A stretch of DNA of 64,000 nt from NCBI GenBank assembly GCA_022616615.1, contig JAKEER010000295.1, positions 9,768 through 73,767 of the forward strand, read 5' to 3'. The notes beneath the pieces were generated by a model that was not told the origin of the DNA, searched no databases, and worked only from the letters and a program-made list of their open reading frames with translations. Within the stretch, counting starts at the first letter, position 1. Each line of letters starts with the position of its first letter. A program made the position numbers and the translations under genes. The DNA comes from Acidobacteriota bacterium. GTDB taxonomy: Bacteria; Acidobacteriota; Terriglobia; Versatilivoradales; Versatilivoraceae. Positions 63,185-64,000 of this stretch are shown piece by piece.

Positions 63185-64000
63185 ATGACTCTAGATCTCA
63201 CAGGCAAAGAGATCGTCATCGTCGGCATGGCTCGCAGCGGGCTGGCGGCGGCGGAGTTCCTCTGGAAACGAGGTGCGCGTGTCACAGTATCCGACAACCG
63301 TCCTGCTGCGGTGCTGGAGTCTGAGGCCCGAATCCTTGCTGACCGGCAGATCCGATACGAAACTGGCGGTCACAGCTGGGAGCTATTTGGTGCGGCAGAC
63401 CTTATCGTCGTGAGTCCCGGTGTGCCGCTTAGCCTTCCGATTTTGCGACAGGCAACGCTTGCCGGCAGAGAGATCATCAGCGAAATCGAGCTGGCCTCAC
63501 GCTTTCTCAAGGGCAAGGTGATCGCAATCACGGGCACTAACGGCAAAACCACGACGACGGCCCTGACGGGAGAGATTCTCCGAACGGCCGGTTTCCACGT
63601 GCAGGTAGGTGGCAACATTGGCACGCCCCTGATCTCACTAGTGGATTCCTCGACGCCGGAGACATGGAGCGTCGTGGAGTTGAGCAGCTTTCAACTGGAG
63701 GCTGTGCCCACTTTTCGTCCGGACATCGCGGTGATCCTCAACCTCACGCCAGACCACTTGGATCGTTACGCTTCCTTCGAGGCTTACGCCCAGGCGAAGC
63801 TCAAGATCTTTCAGAATCAGATCGCCAGCGACTTCGCTGTAGTCAACCAGGAGGACGCAAGTCTGCAGAAGGCGGCAGAGAATTTGCATTCCCAGGTTTT
63901 TTGGTTCAGCGGCAGCCGCAAAGTGGGCCGCGGGACTCATGCTGGTGGGGGCGACCTTATCTTCGAGTCCAAGCGAGGAAGCGAAGTGGTCATGGCCTGC
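63185..64000 (+). CDS. murD: UDP-N-acetylmuramoylalanine--D-glutamate ligase (3' partial, runs off the window)
   Basis: The manual frame from ATG 63185 reads MTLDLTGKEIVIVGMARSGLAAAEFLWKRGARVTVSD...AITGTNGKTTTTAL...ELSSFQLE...LNLTPDHLDRY. It is not in the ORF track because there is no stop within the window. Confidence 0.9.
   Translation, partial: MTLDLTGKEIVIVGMARSGLAAAEFLWKRGARVTVSDNRPAAVLESEARILADRQIRYETGGHSWELFGAADLIVVSPGVPLSLPILRQATLAGREIISEIELASRFLKGKVIAITGTNGKTTTTALTGEILRTAGFHVQVGGNIGTPLISLVDSSTPETWSVVELSSFQLEAVPTFRPDIAVILNLTPDHLDRYASFEAYAQAKLKIFQNQIASDFAVVNQEDASLQKAAENLHSQVFWFSGSRKVGRGTHAGGGDLIFESKRGSEVVMAC

Overview
This is a 64-kb chromosomal window from a moderately GC-rich bacterium. 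The gene content (exported DUF1080 proteins, Gfo/Idh/MocA and TIM-barrel sugar enzymes, RNase Y with YmdB, an ACE-like M2 peptidase, a GxxExxY gene) suggests an Acidobacteriota-like soil organism, but that is inference only.

The left ~9.3 kb is a type 1 BREX defence island in brxB-brxC-pglX-pglZ-brxL order, and it is visibly decaying:
- pglX is reduced to fused N- and C-terminal stubs.
- pglZ carries a frameshift.
- brxL is cut after ~125 codons and abuts scrambled xanthine-dehydrogenase-family fragments.
- A GxxExxY PD-(D/E)XK gene and a Phd/VapC toxin-antitoxin pair are intercalated.
- The four gene junctions from brxC to pglZ each carry an inverted pair of a CACGGAT-word repeat.

The island lies ~0.7 kb from a 4.5S-type SRP RNA candidate (ffs), which is followed by dnaX-ybaB-recR. 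The rest is core chromosome: rny-ymdB-ffh, a response regulator, exported sugar/oxidoreductase genes, sppA, an rpoD-like sigma factor, the M2 peptidase, ilvC-cimA-(TIGR00300-like)-leuA-leuB, a DUF433/DUF5615 pair, a ZIP transporter, ychF, and the dcw cluster mraZ-rsmH-ftsL-ftsI-murE-murF-mraY-murD (partial).

The most unusual sequence-level signal is a family of intergenic palindromes whose arms are imperfect tandem arrays of 7-nt words. The words differ between loci and the arms reach 29 bp of perfect complementarity. They recall cyanobacterial STRR heptamer repeats and punctuate even conserved operons (leu, dcw).

Several further gene remnants and possible frameshifts are present. I recognised no tRNA, rRNA, CRISPR array, transposase or integrase.
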